A DNA stretch of 32,000 nt from Akkermansia muciniphila ATCC BAA-835 (lineage in GTDB: Bacteria > Verrucomicrobiota > Verrucomicrobiia > Verrucomicrobiales > Akkermansiaceae): the NCBI RefSeq assembly GCF_000020225.1, contig NC_010655.1:540001-572000 (forward strand). Direction: 5' to 3'. Under the pieces are notes generated by a model, which saw nothing but the letters and a program-made list of their open reading frames with translations, was not told the origin of the DNA and did no database searches. The position numbers and the translations under genes were made by a program. Below, piece after piece: positions 17,272 to 26,177 of this stretch; positions within the stretch are counted from its first letter, which is position 1; every line of letters starts with the position of its first letter.

Positions 17272-18021
17272 ATGTATTTAGCATCCCAACGCAAAGAGTT
17301 CATTCTGAAAACGCTGGCTGAACATGGAGCTGCAAGGACCATTGCTCTGGCCAAACAGATGAAGGTCACGGATGAAACGGTCCGCAATGATTTGATTAAC
17401 CTTGAAAAACGCGGCTTCCTCAAGCGCGTCCACGGCGGCGCACTGGCGCTTACTCACAAATCCCTCCATGAAGACATTGTCACTCAAGATGATGTGTCTA
17501 TCAGGATTGCAAAAAAAACCGTTCAGAATATTCCCGCTTCCGTGGTTATGTTCATTGACAGCAGCACCATGGGCTACCAAATATGCAACCACATCAATTC
17601 CAAAGATACGCATGTGGTTTCCAACAACCCCACGTTGCTGACCCGGCTTGAAGGCATTCCGAACCTGAGCTTCTATTGCACGGGCGGACACTTCGACCGC
17701 GAAGCCCTGGTCTATGTAGGGCAGGACGCCGCCAAGGCCGCCGGATCCCTGAGCATTGACATGGTCGTGCTGACGCCAGACTGCTACTCCCCCAAGCATG
17801 GTGCCGGATACAAGAACATGTTGCAATCCGAATTCATCAAGAGCGTCATCCCCGCGGATGCCAAGGTAATCATCGCCATGCCCTCCACCAGCGTAGCGAA
17901 CAACCCGGCATTCTATACCGTTGCGCCCTCCCAGGTTTCCATGCTCATCACTGATGAGGCCCTTTCTCCGGAAATGGCCGACCAGATTGAAAAGAGCGGC
18001 GTCAAGGTGGAACTCGCCTAA
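17272..18021 (+). CDS. DeoR/GlpR family transcriptional regulator
   Basis: N-terminal HTH (RKEFILKTLAEHGAARTIALAKQMKVTDETVRNDLINLEKRGFLKRVHGGA) followed by a DeoR C-terminal sensor-type domain. 249 aa. Confidence 0.9.
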   Translation: MYLASQRKEFILKTLAEHGAARTIALAKQMKVTDETVRNDLINLEKRGFLKRVHGGALALTHKSLHEDIVTQDDVSIRIAKKTVQNIPASVVMFIDSSTMGYQICNHINSKDTHVVSNNPTLLTRLEGIPNLSFYCTGGHFDREALVYVGQDAAKAAGSLSIDMVVLTPDCYSPKHGAGYKNMLQSEFIKSVIPADAKVIIAMPSTSVANNPAFYTVAPSQVSMLITDEALSPEMADQIEKSGVKVELA

Positions 18022-18041
18022 CGCCGGCCTGCTTTACAGGG

Positions 18042-18073
18042 GGCGGAAGTTCATCGGAACTTCCGCCTTTTTT
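18042..18073 (+). terminator. rho-independent terminator after the DeoR gene
   Basis: Perfect 11-bp stem GGCGGAAGTTC (18042-18052) / GAACTTCCGCC (18057-18067), loop ATCG, then TTTTTT (18068-18073). Confidence 0.75.
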
Positions 18074-18080
18074 ATAACGA

Positions 18081-18524
18081 TCATATCCTCTCTCTTTTCC
18101 ATTCCATCCGGTACTCCCGGCTTCCCGTCAGCTCATCTTCCCTGGAGCCGATTTCTTCAAACCCTCCGCGCCGATAGAATGCGCGGGCGCGGGCATTCTC
18201 TTCATAGACCCCAACCGTCAGCATTCCCTTGCTGTGTTCCTTCACCCAGTCCAGCAACGCTGTACCTATCCCTTCACACTGGCGTTCCGGCGCCACAAAC
18301 AGAGCGGCCAGTTCCCCCTCCCCCACCAGGCAGGCAAACCCGACAACACGGCCACCGTCCCTGCACACCCATGTACGCGCCCTGGGCAGGTACACCTGCC
18401 TCATATCTTCCACCAAACCGCACCAGAACCCCACTCCCGCAAAAGAGTGGGCTTGTTCGGACGCTTTCAGCCAAATATTCAAAACCTCCGTTTCATCCCT
18501 ATTCTGGTAATGTTCTATCTTCAT
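18081..18524 (-). CDS. GNAT family N-acetyltransferase
   Basis: 147 aa. Acetyl-CoA motif A region VAPERQCEGIGTALLDWV and a C-terminal ARAFYRRGGFEE block. Confidence 0.85.
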   Translation of the reverse strand: MKIEHYQNRDETEVLNIWLKASEQAHSFAGVGFWCGLVEDMRQVYLPRARTWVCRDGGRVVGFACLVGEGELAALFVAPERQCEGIGTALLDWVKEHSKGMLTVGVYEENARARAFYRRGGFEEIGSREDELTGSREYRMEWKRERI

Positions 18525-18747
18525 ACATCAATAACAGGTATGCGGCAACCCTTCCTGTAGTTTATACAAGCTAGCATGGAGGAGGCATGGAACTCAAGAA
18601 AGAAAGTCCCGCCTTCCGGTAAAAATGAAAGGAAAGGCCATGACGGACAGCTTTTTTCCACCCTTTCCCCCTCACCACATCACTGTCCCCCGGATCATGG
18701 AACACAAAAGGCCATCTGAAAGAGCTACCAGCCTTTCCACCCTTCAA

Positions 18748-19971
18748 CTACGGCCTGTACACAAGCACCGGGCCGGTACGCGAAGACTGGACACAGCGCA
18801 CCTTCCGAACAGCGGAGCCCACCAGGGCTGCAGCCTGCTCCACCTCTTCCTGCGTCGTCATGAAAGACAGGGAAAAACGCAGGGAGGAACGTACCGCCTC
18901 ATCAGATAATCCCATGGCCGTCAGCACGTGGGAAGGCATCGGCTGCAGCGTATGGCAGGCAGACCCTGCCGAACACAGCAGACCAGCAGGTTCCAGCAAC
19001 AGCATCAGCGCTTCCGCCGTACATCCGTCAAACGCCAGATTAGAAGTATTGGGAATACGTTCCGTTCCGCCGGAATGCACCGTCACGCCGCCCACCTGTG
19101 TCCGCAGGAGAGACTCAAAAGAATCCCGCATCCGGGACAGCCGTCCGGCGTCCTCCTCCAAGTGCCTCAATGCCGCCCGCGCCGCCGCACCAAAACCAAT
19201 GATTCCCGGAACATTCTCCGTGCCGGACCTCAAGCCGTACTCCTGCCCCCCGCCGAACAACAAAGGGGAAAAAGGAGCCCCCGCTCTCCTGTACAGACAT
19301 CCAATCCCCTTGGGGCCATGGAATTTGTGTGCGGATACGGAAGCATAATCCACTTCCATTCCATGCAAATCCACGGGAATTTTTCCGGCGCACTGCACTA
19401 TATCCAAATGCACGGGAACTCCATGCTTCCTGGCGGAGGAACACAAAACCGGCGCATCCTGCAATGCGCCTGTCTCATTATTGGCCCAGGCAAAAGAAAC
19501 GCCGGATACGCCCCCTGCGCACATCGACTCCCATTTTTCCGGAATCGCTCTCCCTTCCCTGTCCACGGGGCAGACACAGCCGTAGCCCAGGGCCAGGGCC
19601 GTCTTCAAGGAGGCGTCATGGTCCGTGGACAAAACGCCTATCCCCCCCTCCTGTCCCCCGGCCATCTGGCGGAAAGCCATATTGGACGCTTCCGTTCCGC
19701 CGGAAGTAAATACAATTTCCGAAGGAAATGCGCCCAACAGAGCGGCAACGGCCGCACGGGCCTCCTCCACCGCCTCACGCACATGCCTGGCACAGCCATA
19801 ACCGGCGGACGGGTTGAAAAACCGTTCCTTTAAAAACGGCTCCATGGCCTCGTAAACCTCCGGAGCCAGCGGTGTTGTGGCGTTATTATCCCAATAAATC
19901 ACGCCTTCATAACTCCCCCAATCGCGGGAAGGAGTCAAGCCGGAACATAATGCGCAGCTGCACAAGATCAC
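18748..19971 (-). CDS. cysteine desulfurase (class V aminotransferase, NifS/IscS-like)
   Basis: YWDNNATTP N-terminus, PLP-lysine motif SAHKFHGPKGIG and active-site loop CSAGSACHT. An alternative GTG start at 19902 would give a more typical N-terminus and a 97-bp divergent spacer to coaB. Confidence 0.88.
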   Translation of the reverse strand: MILCSCALCSGLTPSRDWGSYEGVIYWDNNATTPLAPEVYEAMEPFLKERFFNPSAGYGCARHVREAVEEARAAVAALLGAFPSEIVFTSGGTEASNMAFRQMAGGQEGGIGVLSTDHDASLKTALALGYGCVCPVDREGRAIPEKWESMCAGGVSGVSFAWANNETGALQDAPVLCSSARKHGVPVHLDIVQCAGKIPVDLHGMEVDYASVSAHKFHGPKGIGCLYRRAGAPFSPLLFGGGQEYGLRSGTENVPGIIGFGAAARAALRHLEEDAGRLSRMRDSFESLLRTQVGGVTVHSGGTERIPNTSNLAFDGCTAEALMLLLEPAGLLCSAGSACHTLQPMPSHVLTAMGLSDEAVRSSLRFSLSFMTTQEEVEQAAALVGSAVRKVRCVQSSRTGPVLVYRP

Positions 19972-19999
19972 TCTTCACTTTTACCCGTGATTCCGCATA

Positions 20000-20683
20000 A
20001 TGCCTCTCATGCGTTTTCTTATCACGGCAGGCCCCACCAGGGAAGCTATTGACCCCGTCAGATACCTCACCAACCACTCCTCCGGGAAAATGGGGTATTG
20101 CCTGGCGGAAGCGGCTGTTCACGAAGGCCACAGCGTCCTTCTCATCTCCGGCCCCACTTCCCTGGACATTCCGCACGGCGTGGACTTCCTGCCGGTTGAA
20201 TGTGCACAGGAAATGTATGATGCTGTCAAAAACCAGGCTCCCTACGCCGACGCCGCCATCCTCAGCGCCGCCGTAGCGGATTATCGACCCGTCTCCGTTC
20301 CGGACCGCAAAATCAAGAAAACGGGGGAACGCATGATTTTGGAGCTGGAACGTACTGCGGACATTTTGGGCTCCATGCGTGCGGAATTCGGCTTCAGCGG
20401 CATTCTGGTAGGCTTTGCGGCGGAAACCCATGACGTGGAAAATTACGCGCGCGGCAAACTGGAACGCAAGCGGTGCGATATGATTGTGGCCAACGACGTT
20501 TCCCGCAGTGACATTGGTTTTAACTCCTCTGAAAATGAAGTGCTGCTCGTTTACCCGGACCGGACGGAGTTCCTGGAAAAAGCGCCTAAAGCACAAATTG
20601 CCCTTCAAATCATTGAGCGCGCTTCCCGTCTCGCACAGGGAAAAGCTCCGTCATGGCGCACGGCAGACCCGTTCCACGCTTGA
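20000..20683 (+). CDS. coaB: phosphopantothenate--cysteine ligase (stand-alone CoaB half of CoaBC)
   Basis: ITAGPTREAIDPVRYLTNHSSGKMG, AAVADYRP, GFAAET and ANDV blocks match the Dfp C-terminal domain. No fused decarboxylase domain. Confidence 0.85.
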   Translation: MPLMRFLITAGPTREAIDPVRYLTNHSSGKMGYCLAEAAVHEGHSVLLISGPTSLDIPHGVDFLPVECAQEMYDAVKNQAPYADAAILSAAVADYRPVSVPDRKIKKTGERMILELERTADILGSMRAEFGFSGILVGFAAETHDVENYARGKLERKRCDMIVANDVSRSDIGFNSSENEVLLVYPDRTEFLEKAPKAQIALQIIERASRLAQGKAPSWRTADPFHA

Positions 20684-20764
20684 AGCGGCAGGGAGTTTGC
20701 CCCACGATCCAATGCTGGCATGTAAATGCCGGCCACCTTTCCCAGAACCACATTTTCACTTTTC

Positions 20765-21886
20765 ATGCCCGTCACTCTTCAGGATTTAGGCTGGAACGAC
20801 CATTTTCAACGCGCTTTCGACGCCGTTGCCAAACCAGGCTGGATGCCGGGGCGTCTCATCCGGGAAACGAAAATCAACTTCACTGCCCTTCTGGACGGCG
20901 GGGAAGATGTGGACGCCGTCGTCAGCGGCAAACTCTGGCATGATGCGGCCACGGATGCGGAACTGCCCGCTGTTGGAGACTGGGTGGCGATTGATCCGGG
21001 AGAAGCGGGAGACGAAGCCGTCATACGCACCATTCTCCCGCGCCAGACCTGTTTTTCCCGCAAAGCTCCAGGGAAAAGCAGCGCGGAACAGGTATTGGGA
21101 ACCAATGTGGATATTGTGGCCGTAGTGACGGAACCGGGAACGGATTTCAACCCCAGGCGCATGGAGCGCTACTTTACACTCATCCGCCGCAGCGGAGCAT
21201 CTCCTCTCATCCTGCTTAACAAAACGGATCTTTTTTCCAGGGAGGAAGTGGAAAACGCCATGCAGATTCTGCGGGAGCTCTCTCCGGAATGCGCCATAAT
21301 CAGCATCAGCGCCCTGCACAACAGGGGAATCACGGAATTCCGCAAATGCCTATCCAAGGGAAAAACCATCTGCATCGTCGGTTCCTCAGGCGTTGGGAAA
21401 TCCACCCTGGTCAATACCCTGCTGGGGGATGAATGGCTCTGGACGGGAGAAGTCAATGAAGTAACCGGCAAAGGGCGCCATACGACAGTGGCGCGGGAAC
21501 TGGTGCTCCTCAAGCATGGAGGTTTGCTGATTGACAATCCCGGCATACGGGAAATCCAGATGTGGACTGATGAACATACCCTCCGTGAAAGCTTTGCGGA
21601 TTTGACGGAGCTGGCCCATGAATGCAAATTTGCGGATTGCAGCCACGGTAAAGATTCCGGCTGCGCCATCAGGAAAGCCGTGGACGAGGGGAAGCTGGAC
21701 AAGGAGCGGTACTTAAACTTCCTGAATTTGGAAAATGAAATCGCCCGGCTTGCCAAACGTCAGAAAAAAAGGCAAATGAACGTGGAACGGGCCGGAAAAA
21801 GAGACCGGAAAGTGCAGGCCCGGAACTATGAAGACCGCGTGGAACTGGAACGCCGTCACAAACCCAACCACCGCAGCCATGACTGA
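20765..21886 (+). CDS. rsgA: ribosome small-subunit-dependent GTPase A (circularly permuted GTPase)
   Basis: Permuted G-motif order: NKTDL (G4), then GSSGVGKSTL (G1), GRHTT, then DNPGIRE (G3). Zinc knuckle CKFADCSHGKDSGCAI. I prefer the ATG at 20765 (MPVTLQDLGWNDHF) over the track start at 20726. Unusual ~45-aa basic C-terminal tail. Confidence 0.9.
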   Translation: MPVTLQDLGWNDHFQRAFDAVAKPGWMPGRLIRETKINFTALLDGGEDVDAVVSGKLWHDAATDAELPAVGDWVAIDPGEAGDEAVIRTILPRQTCFSRKAPGKSSAEQVLGTNVDIVAVVTEPGTDFNPRRMERYFTLIRRSGASPLILLNKTDLFSREEVENAMQILRELSPECAIISISALHNRGITEFRKCLSKGKTICIVGSSGVGKSTLVNTLLGDEWLWTGEVNEVTGKGRHTTVARELVLLKHGGLLIDNPGIREIQMWTDEHTLRESFADLTELAHECKFADCSHGKDSGCAIRKAVDEGKLDKERYLNFLNLENEIARLAKRQKKRQMNVERAGKRDRKVQARNYEDRVELERRHKPNHRSHD

Positions 21887-21939
21887 TTCGCCGTCAAAAT
21901 TGGCTTGTCAAACTGCAAAAACACACCTAATGGTGAAGA

Positions 21940-22911
21940 ATGCTATTTTCACGCGGCCTCATCCGAACTTTCCTGGCTCTTCTGGCATTGGGGGCGATTC
22001 CCTTATCTGCAGAAGAACAGCCGCTTCCTGCTCAAGGCGGTCCCGTCGTGTCCATTACTGACCTGAAGCCCGTAAAGCTGGAGAGGGATGCTCACAGCAA
22101 GCTTCTTGTAGCGCAATGCACTGTCAATGGAGTCCCATGCAATCTTATTGTGGACACGGCGGCTTCCCACACCACATTTGATATCAAATTCATCAAAAAG
22201 AATTTTCCCGGCCTGCCGCTTGAAGACGTTCAAATAGCCCCTGGTTCCAACGTCCATGCCGTCCCCCGGCTATTTGCCATGCGGTCCTTCTCCATGGGAG
22301 GGCTTCATATCAAAAACTTCTTCGGCCTTGCCCTGGATCTTACTCCCCTGCAAAAGGACATGCAGGTGAAGATAGACGGCATCCTGGGCATCAACTACCT
22401 GGGGTTCTCTCCGTTCCTGCTGTCCGTCAGGAATGCTTCCCTGCAGTTTCTGGAACGCTCCCGCTTCCCCCAACACAGGAAACCGCTGGATGTGGAACGT
22501 GATCCTTCCGGAATTTTTTACATCCGCTGTTCCCGGGGGGGGGGAGATACTTTCCCGCTGGCTCTTGACTCCGGCTCTTCTCTTTCCATGGCCCCGCTGG
22601 AACAGTGGCCCGCAGATCCGAACGGCAATCAGCTCACCACCAAGGCAACCGACATTAACGGACACAATGGGGACTGCACTGTCATGAAACTGGGTATCCC
22701 CTCCACGCTCCGCATGGGACCGGACTTCCAAATGGACGGCCTTTCCTTCGCCGTAACGGGAACAGGGGGCCGATACCAGATCGGCGTGGATACTTTCCAG
22801 CATTTTGACATCATCATTGATGCTCCGCAGGGGGAAGTCTTCGCCCTTCCTCCCCATTCCAGGCCGGAGCCCCAGGGGCAAAAAGCCCCCGATATCAAAC
22901 AGGAATCTTGA
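21940..22911 (+). CDS. secreted tandem retropepsin-like aspartic protease (two clan-AA lobes in one chain)
   Basis: Signal peptide. Lobe 1: VNGVPCNLIVDTAASHTTF ... IDGILGINYL. Lobe 2: FPLALDSGSSLSM ... IGVDTFQHFDIIID. The first active-site triplet is DTA rather than DTG/DSG. Confidence 0.65.
   Translation: MLFSRGLIRTFLALLALGAIPLSAEEQPLPAQGGPVVSITDLKPVKLERDAHSKLLVAQCTVNGVPCNLIVDTAASHTTFDIKFIKKNFPGLPLEDVQIAPGSNVHAVPRLFAMRSFSMGGLHIKNFFGLALDLTPLQKDMQVKIDGILGINYLGFSPFLLSVRNASLQFLERSRFPQHRKPLDVERDPSGIFYIRCSRGGGDTFPLALDSGSSLSMAPLEQWPADPNGNQLTTKATDINGHNGDCTVMKLGIPSTLRMGPDFQMDGLSFAVTGTGGRYQIGVDTFQHFDIIIDAPQGEVFALPPHSRPEPQGQKAPDIKQES
22535..22544 (+). repeat. G10 homopolymeric tract inside the retropepsin-like protease CDS
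   Basis: Counted directly: tcccGGGGGGGGGGagat, encoding R-G-G-G at codons 199-202, between the two protease lobes. Confidence 0.9.
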
Positions 22912-24181
22912 GCATGATGCAGATCATGCGAATGGTCCGGGCCGTAGCGCCGAAATGGGCCTTCAACGCCACCTGGGCGCGGGAAGACTGGGCATGAGCC
23001 AGCAGGGGGTTGTCCAGCATCTCCTTGAGCACGTCCGCCAGGCGGTTTTCATCACACCTGGCAATTCCGTCCACTCCTTCAAGCAGCTGGACCAGTGCAT
23101 CGAAATTTTCCATATGGGGCCCCGTCAGCACGGGCACGCCACAGGCGACGGCTTCAGCCGGATTCTGTCCACCGTCCGCCAAAAAGCTTTTTCCGATCAC
23201 GGCTACATCCGCCAGCGCGGTCCAGTCCCTCAATTCCCCCGTCGTATCCGCGATGTAACAAACATGATCCTTCAGGGTTTCCGGAATCTCGCCATCAGTC
23301 CGCAGCACGCACTGCCAGCCCTGGGCCTCCAGTTCCCGCACCACGGCATGGCGGCGTTCCGCATGCCTGGGCACGATCAGGGGGAAGCCTCCCGCCTTGC
23401 GCGCCGCTTCTGCGATCAGAACTTCCTCCCCGTCATGCGTGCTGGCGGCCAGCACTACAGGCTTGCCGCGTTTCAGTTTGTCCAAAATGGAGGCAAACTC
23501 CGCATTAGCCTCCCTGCGCTCCGCCATTTGCTGGTCAAATTTGATGCTTCCCGTCACGTGGATGATGGAGGAACGCACGCCCACGGATTCAAACCTCCGG
23601 ACATCCCCCTTGTCCTGTACGCCCATTGCGTCAAGGAAGGAAAAATAATACTTTGAAATCCATTTAAATGCGCGGTAGCGGCTCTCGGACCTGGCGGACA
23701 TACGGGCATTAATCATCGCCATGGGTATGCCGCGCACCTTGGCTGCACGGGCAAAATTCGGCCACAACTCGGCCTCCACCAGGACAATGGCCTCCGGTTC
23801 AAAACGGTCAAAACACCTCCCCGGCAGCCCCAGAAGGTCAAAGGGGGCATAAATCACGCGCACGCCGGGAATCTGCGCACTCACTGCCGTAGCATGCCCC
23901 GTAGCCGTACTGGTAGCCAGCACGGCGGAACCTCCGCGTTCCCGGAGCCACGCCCGGAGAAACTTGAGAGCCAGCACCACTTCACCCACGCTCACGGCAT
24001 GCACATACAACACCCCTTTCGGCTCCCGGTTATAGGAGACCCGGTACAGCCCGAAACGCTCCAGAAGCCCCGTGCCGAATCCGCCTCTCCTCTTCTGCTT
24101 AAGCAGATAGGAAGGCAGCGTTACCAGCCACCCGACGGTATACAGGATATTGTAACAGAAGGAAAACAGGAAGGCTTTCAT
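22895..24181 (-). CDS. waaA: 3-deoxy-D-manno-octulosonic acid (Kdo) transferase
   Basis: N-terminal membrane anchor, then GLLERFG, LYVHAVSVGEV and the C-terminal GGQNPAEA blocks characteristic of KdtA/WaaA. Its 3' end overlaps the convergent protease gene by 17 nt. Confidence 0.9.
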   Translation of the reverse strand: MKAFLFSFCYNILYTVGWLVTLPSYLLKQKRRGGFGTGLLERFGLYRVSYNREPKGVLYVHAVSVGEVVLALKFLRAWLRERGGSAVLATSTATGHATAVSAQIPGVRVIYAPFDLLGLPGRCFDRFEPEAIVLVEAELWPNFARAAKVRGIPMAMINARMSARSESRYRAFKWISKYYFSFLDAMGVQDKGDVRRFESVGVRSSIIHVTGSIKFDQQMAERREANAEFASILDKLKRGKPVVLAASTHDGEEVLIAEAARKAGGFPLIVPRHAERRHAVVRELEAQGWQCVLRTDGEIPETLKDHVCYIADTTGELRDWTALADVAVIGKSFLADGGQNPAEAVACGVPVLTGPHMENFDALVQLLEGVDGIARCDENRLADVLKEMLDNPLLAHAQSSRAQVALKAHFGATARTIRMICIMLKIPV

Positions 24182-24182
24182 C

Positions 24183-24758
24183 TTACTTCTCAGGCAATTG
24201 GTAGAACAGCAGCATATTTTTCCCGTACCGGCGGGTATCCACCAGATTCAGGCCGTCAATTTCCGCGGCGCCTTCCCTTCCGGTACCCCAGCCCTCCTGC
24301 ACTTCCGCAATAAACACGCCACCGCCCTTCAAAAGTCCGGCAACTCCGGCCTCCGCCAGTTCAACAATAAAGTCGCGGTCCGCCGGCCCCTTGCAATAAG
24401 GAGGATCTGCAAAAATAATATCGTACTTCCTGCCGGCCAGCAGTTCCCTTCTCACGAACTGGACGGCATCTCCCTGGATGACAGTTCCGCCTTCCAAGCC
24501 CGTCTTGACGAGATTAGCCCTGGCCGCCGCGCAGGAGAGACGGGAAAAATCCACCATGCGGGCGTCTCTCGCCCCACGGCTGAGGGCCTCCAGGCCGAAG
24601 GCGCCGGACCCGGCAAATAAATCCAGCACGTCGGCCCGGTCCATCAGCGGGTTCAGGATGGAAAAAACGGCTTCCCTGACCCGGTCTGTCGTGGGACGAA
24701 CTTCCCCCTTGGGAACAGACAGGGTTATGCCGCCGGCCTTTCCGCTGATGATACGCAT
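24183..24758 (-). CDS. rsmD: 16S rRNA (guanine966-N2)-methyltransferase
   Basis: MRIISGKAGG...RPTTDRVREAVFSIL, the SAM motif LDLFAGSGAFGLEALSRGA and DPPY. Its stop is 1 nt from the waaA start. Confidence 0.9.
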   Translation of the reverse strand: MRIISGKAGGITLSVPKGEVRPTTDRVREAVFSILNPLMDRADVLDLFAGSGAFGLEALSRGARDARMVDFSRLSCAAARANLVKTGLEGGTVIQGDAVQFVRRELLAGRKYDIIFADPPYCKGPADRDFIVELAEAGVAGLLKGGGVFIAEVQEGWGTGREGAAEIDGLNLVDTRRYGKNMLLFYQLPEK

Positions 24759-24794
24759 TGTTGTCTTACCGGAAATGAAAGGAACATCATATCC

Positions 24795-25556
24795 CTACTG
24801 GCGAGCCTTGGCCTTAGCCTTTTCCAGCAAAGGGTCACCCGCGATGCGGGTGACGGGAACACGCAGAACGATGGACTGGTTGGCAATGGCAACGTTGTCC
24901 GGGTTCTTTTCAGACATGTTGTAAACGAAATAGGCATACTTGCCGTCCTTGGTCTTGCCCGCAATGATAGTCTCCGTCAGGGTGGAAAGAATGGTTTTCT
25001 TTTCCATTGTCCATTCCTTGCCGCTCCACGCGCCGTATACATTTAGCTCGTCATAGGACACGTCCCCTTTCAGGGTCAGGGTTCCGTTGGGAGAAATCCA
25101 GGATTTGGTACTGGAATCATATTTCAGCGTGCTCATCGGCAACGGCCCCTGCTGCGCCACAGCAGCCAAATCCCAGATATTCCGTTCCCCCGAGGCGAAA
25201 ATACCCAGGGCCACAGGGGCCACTTCCTGCACCTGCTTCAGCTTCCAGCACTCCAGGTACTTGGCATATTCGTCCTTGGTCCAGCCCAGGCGCTCATCAT
25301 AAGGAACGGGCTGGCCGGGGACAATCTGGCTGACAAGCTCCTTCTTGTCCTTGTCGGGCAGGGAGGCGAAAACGCCGTCTATCTTTTCCATGAACGGCTG
25401 CAGGCTTTCATCAAGCACAACGCTGACGGCGGCGGCTTCCGCCATTTTACCGACCGGGAGATATTCGCCAACTATTTCCGGCTTTTCCGCTGCGGACAGG
25501 GAGGAAACCAGAACAGGGACTATCAGTGTTAAAGCCAGATTACGGAGCGCTTTCAT
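24795..25556 (-). CDS. secreted hypothetical protein
   Basis: The track ORF extends to 25868 through poor-quality sequence that overlaps the divergent lipoprotein gene. The in-frame ATG at 25556 gives MKALRNLALTLIVPVLVSSLSAAEKPE, a clean signal peptide. No family recognised. Confidence 0.6.
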   Translation of the reverse strand: MKALRNLALTLIVPVLVSSLSAAEKPEIVGEYLPVGKMAEAAAVSVVLDESLQPFMEKIDGVFASLPDKDKKELVSQIVPGQPVPYDERLGWTKDEYAKYLECWKLKQVQEVAPVALGIFASGERNIWDLAAVAQQGPLPMSTLKYDSSTKSWISPNGTLTLKGDVSYDELNVYGAWSGKEWTMEKKTILSTLTETIIAGKTKDGKYAYFVYNMSEKNPDNVAIANQSIVLRVPVTRIAGDPLLEKAKAKARQ

Positions 25557-25629
25557 AACGTGTTCGTATATTTTACTCAACAAAAGACCCTTGGCAAGAG
25601 TCAAAGTGAGTGTTATCCGTATGTACATC

Positions 25630-26073
25630 ATGAGTTGGAAGTTACTTTTCACTACCCTGTCCGCCGCTCTGAGCCTTGCTTCCTGCGTGTCCACCCCGGC
25701 ATCGCGCATCCAAAAAAACCCGGCCCTTTTCAATTCCCTCCCGCCCAGCCAGAAAACACTGGTGGAATCCGGACAAATTGCTGAAGGGATGTCTCCGCCG
25801 GCCGTTTTCCTGGCCTGGGGGGACCCCTCCGCCGTAGCGGAAGGCAACCTTAACGGGAAATCCGCCACCCGCTGGATTTATTCCTCCCTCCAGCCGGTTT
25901 ACACCCCTCCCCCCTCTTTCTGGGCCGGCCCATACTGGGGCGGTCCCTACTGGGGGCCGGGCTTCTACCGTCCCTATTATCCTTATTACAATGATGTCAC
26001 CTATGTGCCGGTAAACACCGGATACGTGCTTTTCATCAACGGCAAGGTGCAATCCTGGGAACGCAGGCGCTGA
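25630..26073 (+). CDS. lipoprotein with an aromatic/Gly/Pro-rich repeat
   Basis: ATG at 25630 (or 25621) gives MSWKLLFTTLSAALSLASC, a lipobox. Contains a BamE/SmpA-like GMSPPAVFLAWGDPS segment and the repeat GPYWGGPYWGPGFYRPYYPYY. Confidence 0.6.
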   Translation: MSWKLLFTTLSAALSLASCVSTPASRIQKNPALFNSLPPSQKTLVESGQIAEGMSPPAVFLAWGDPSAVAEGNLNGKSATRWIYSSLQPVYTPPPSFWAGPYWGGPYWGPGFYRPYYPYYNDVTYVPVNTGYVLFINGKVQSWERRR

Positions 26074-26177
26074 CGGAAACGGAGCCTGCCCTATGGCACG
26101 GAATGCGCCGGCGCAGCAGAAGTAGGGCAATCTCCCGCTGATGCGCCGTTTTTCTCTCCGCGTTTCCGAATGCCGCT

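Noticed and set aside
18525-18747. The 223-bp spacer between the cysteine desulfurase and GNAT genes, considered as a possible small RNA or tRNA locus.
   Set aside because: No tRNA-like T-arm or anticodon architecture. Only weak 6-7-bp stems, and only tiny ORFs (under 15 codons). Nothing supportable without expression data.
25557-25868. A 104-codon N-terminal extension of the 24795.. minus-strand ORF.
   Set aside because: It overlaps the divergent lipoprotein gene and lacks a signal-peptide context. The internal ATG at 25556 gives a clean signal peptide.
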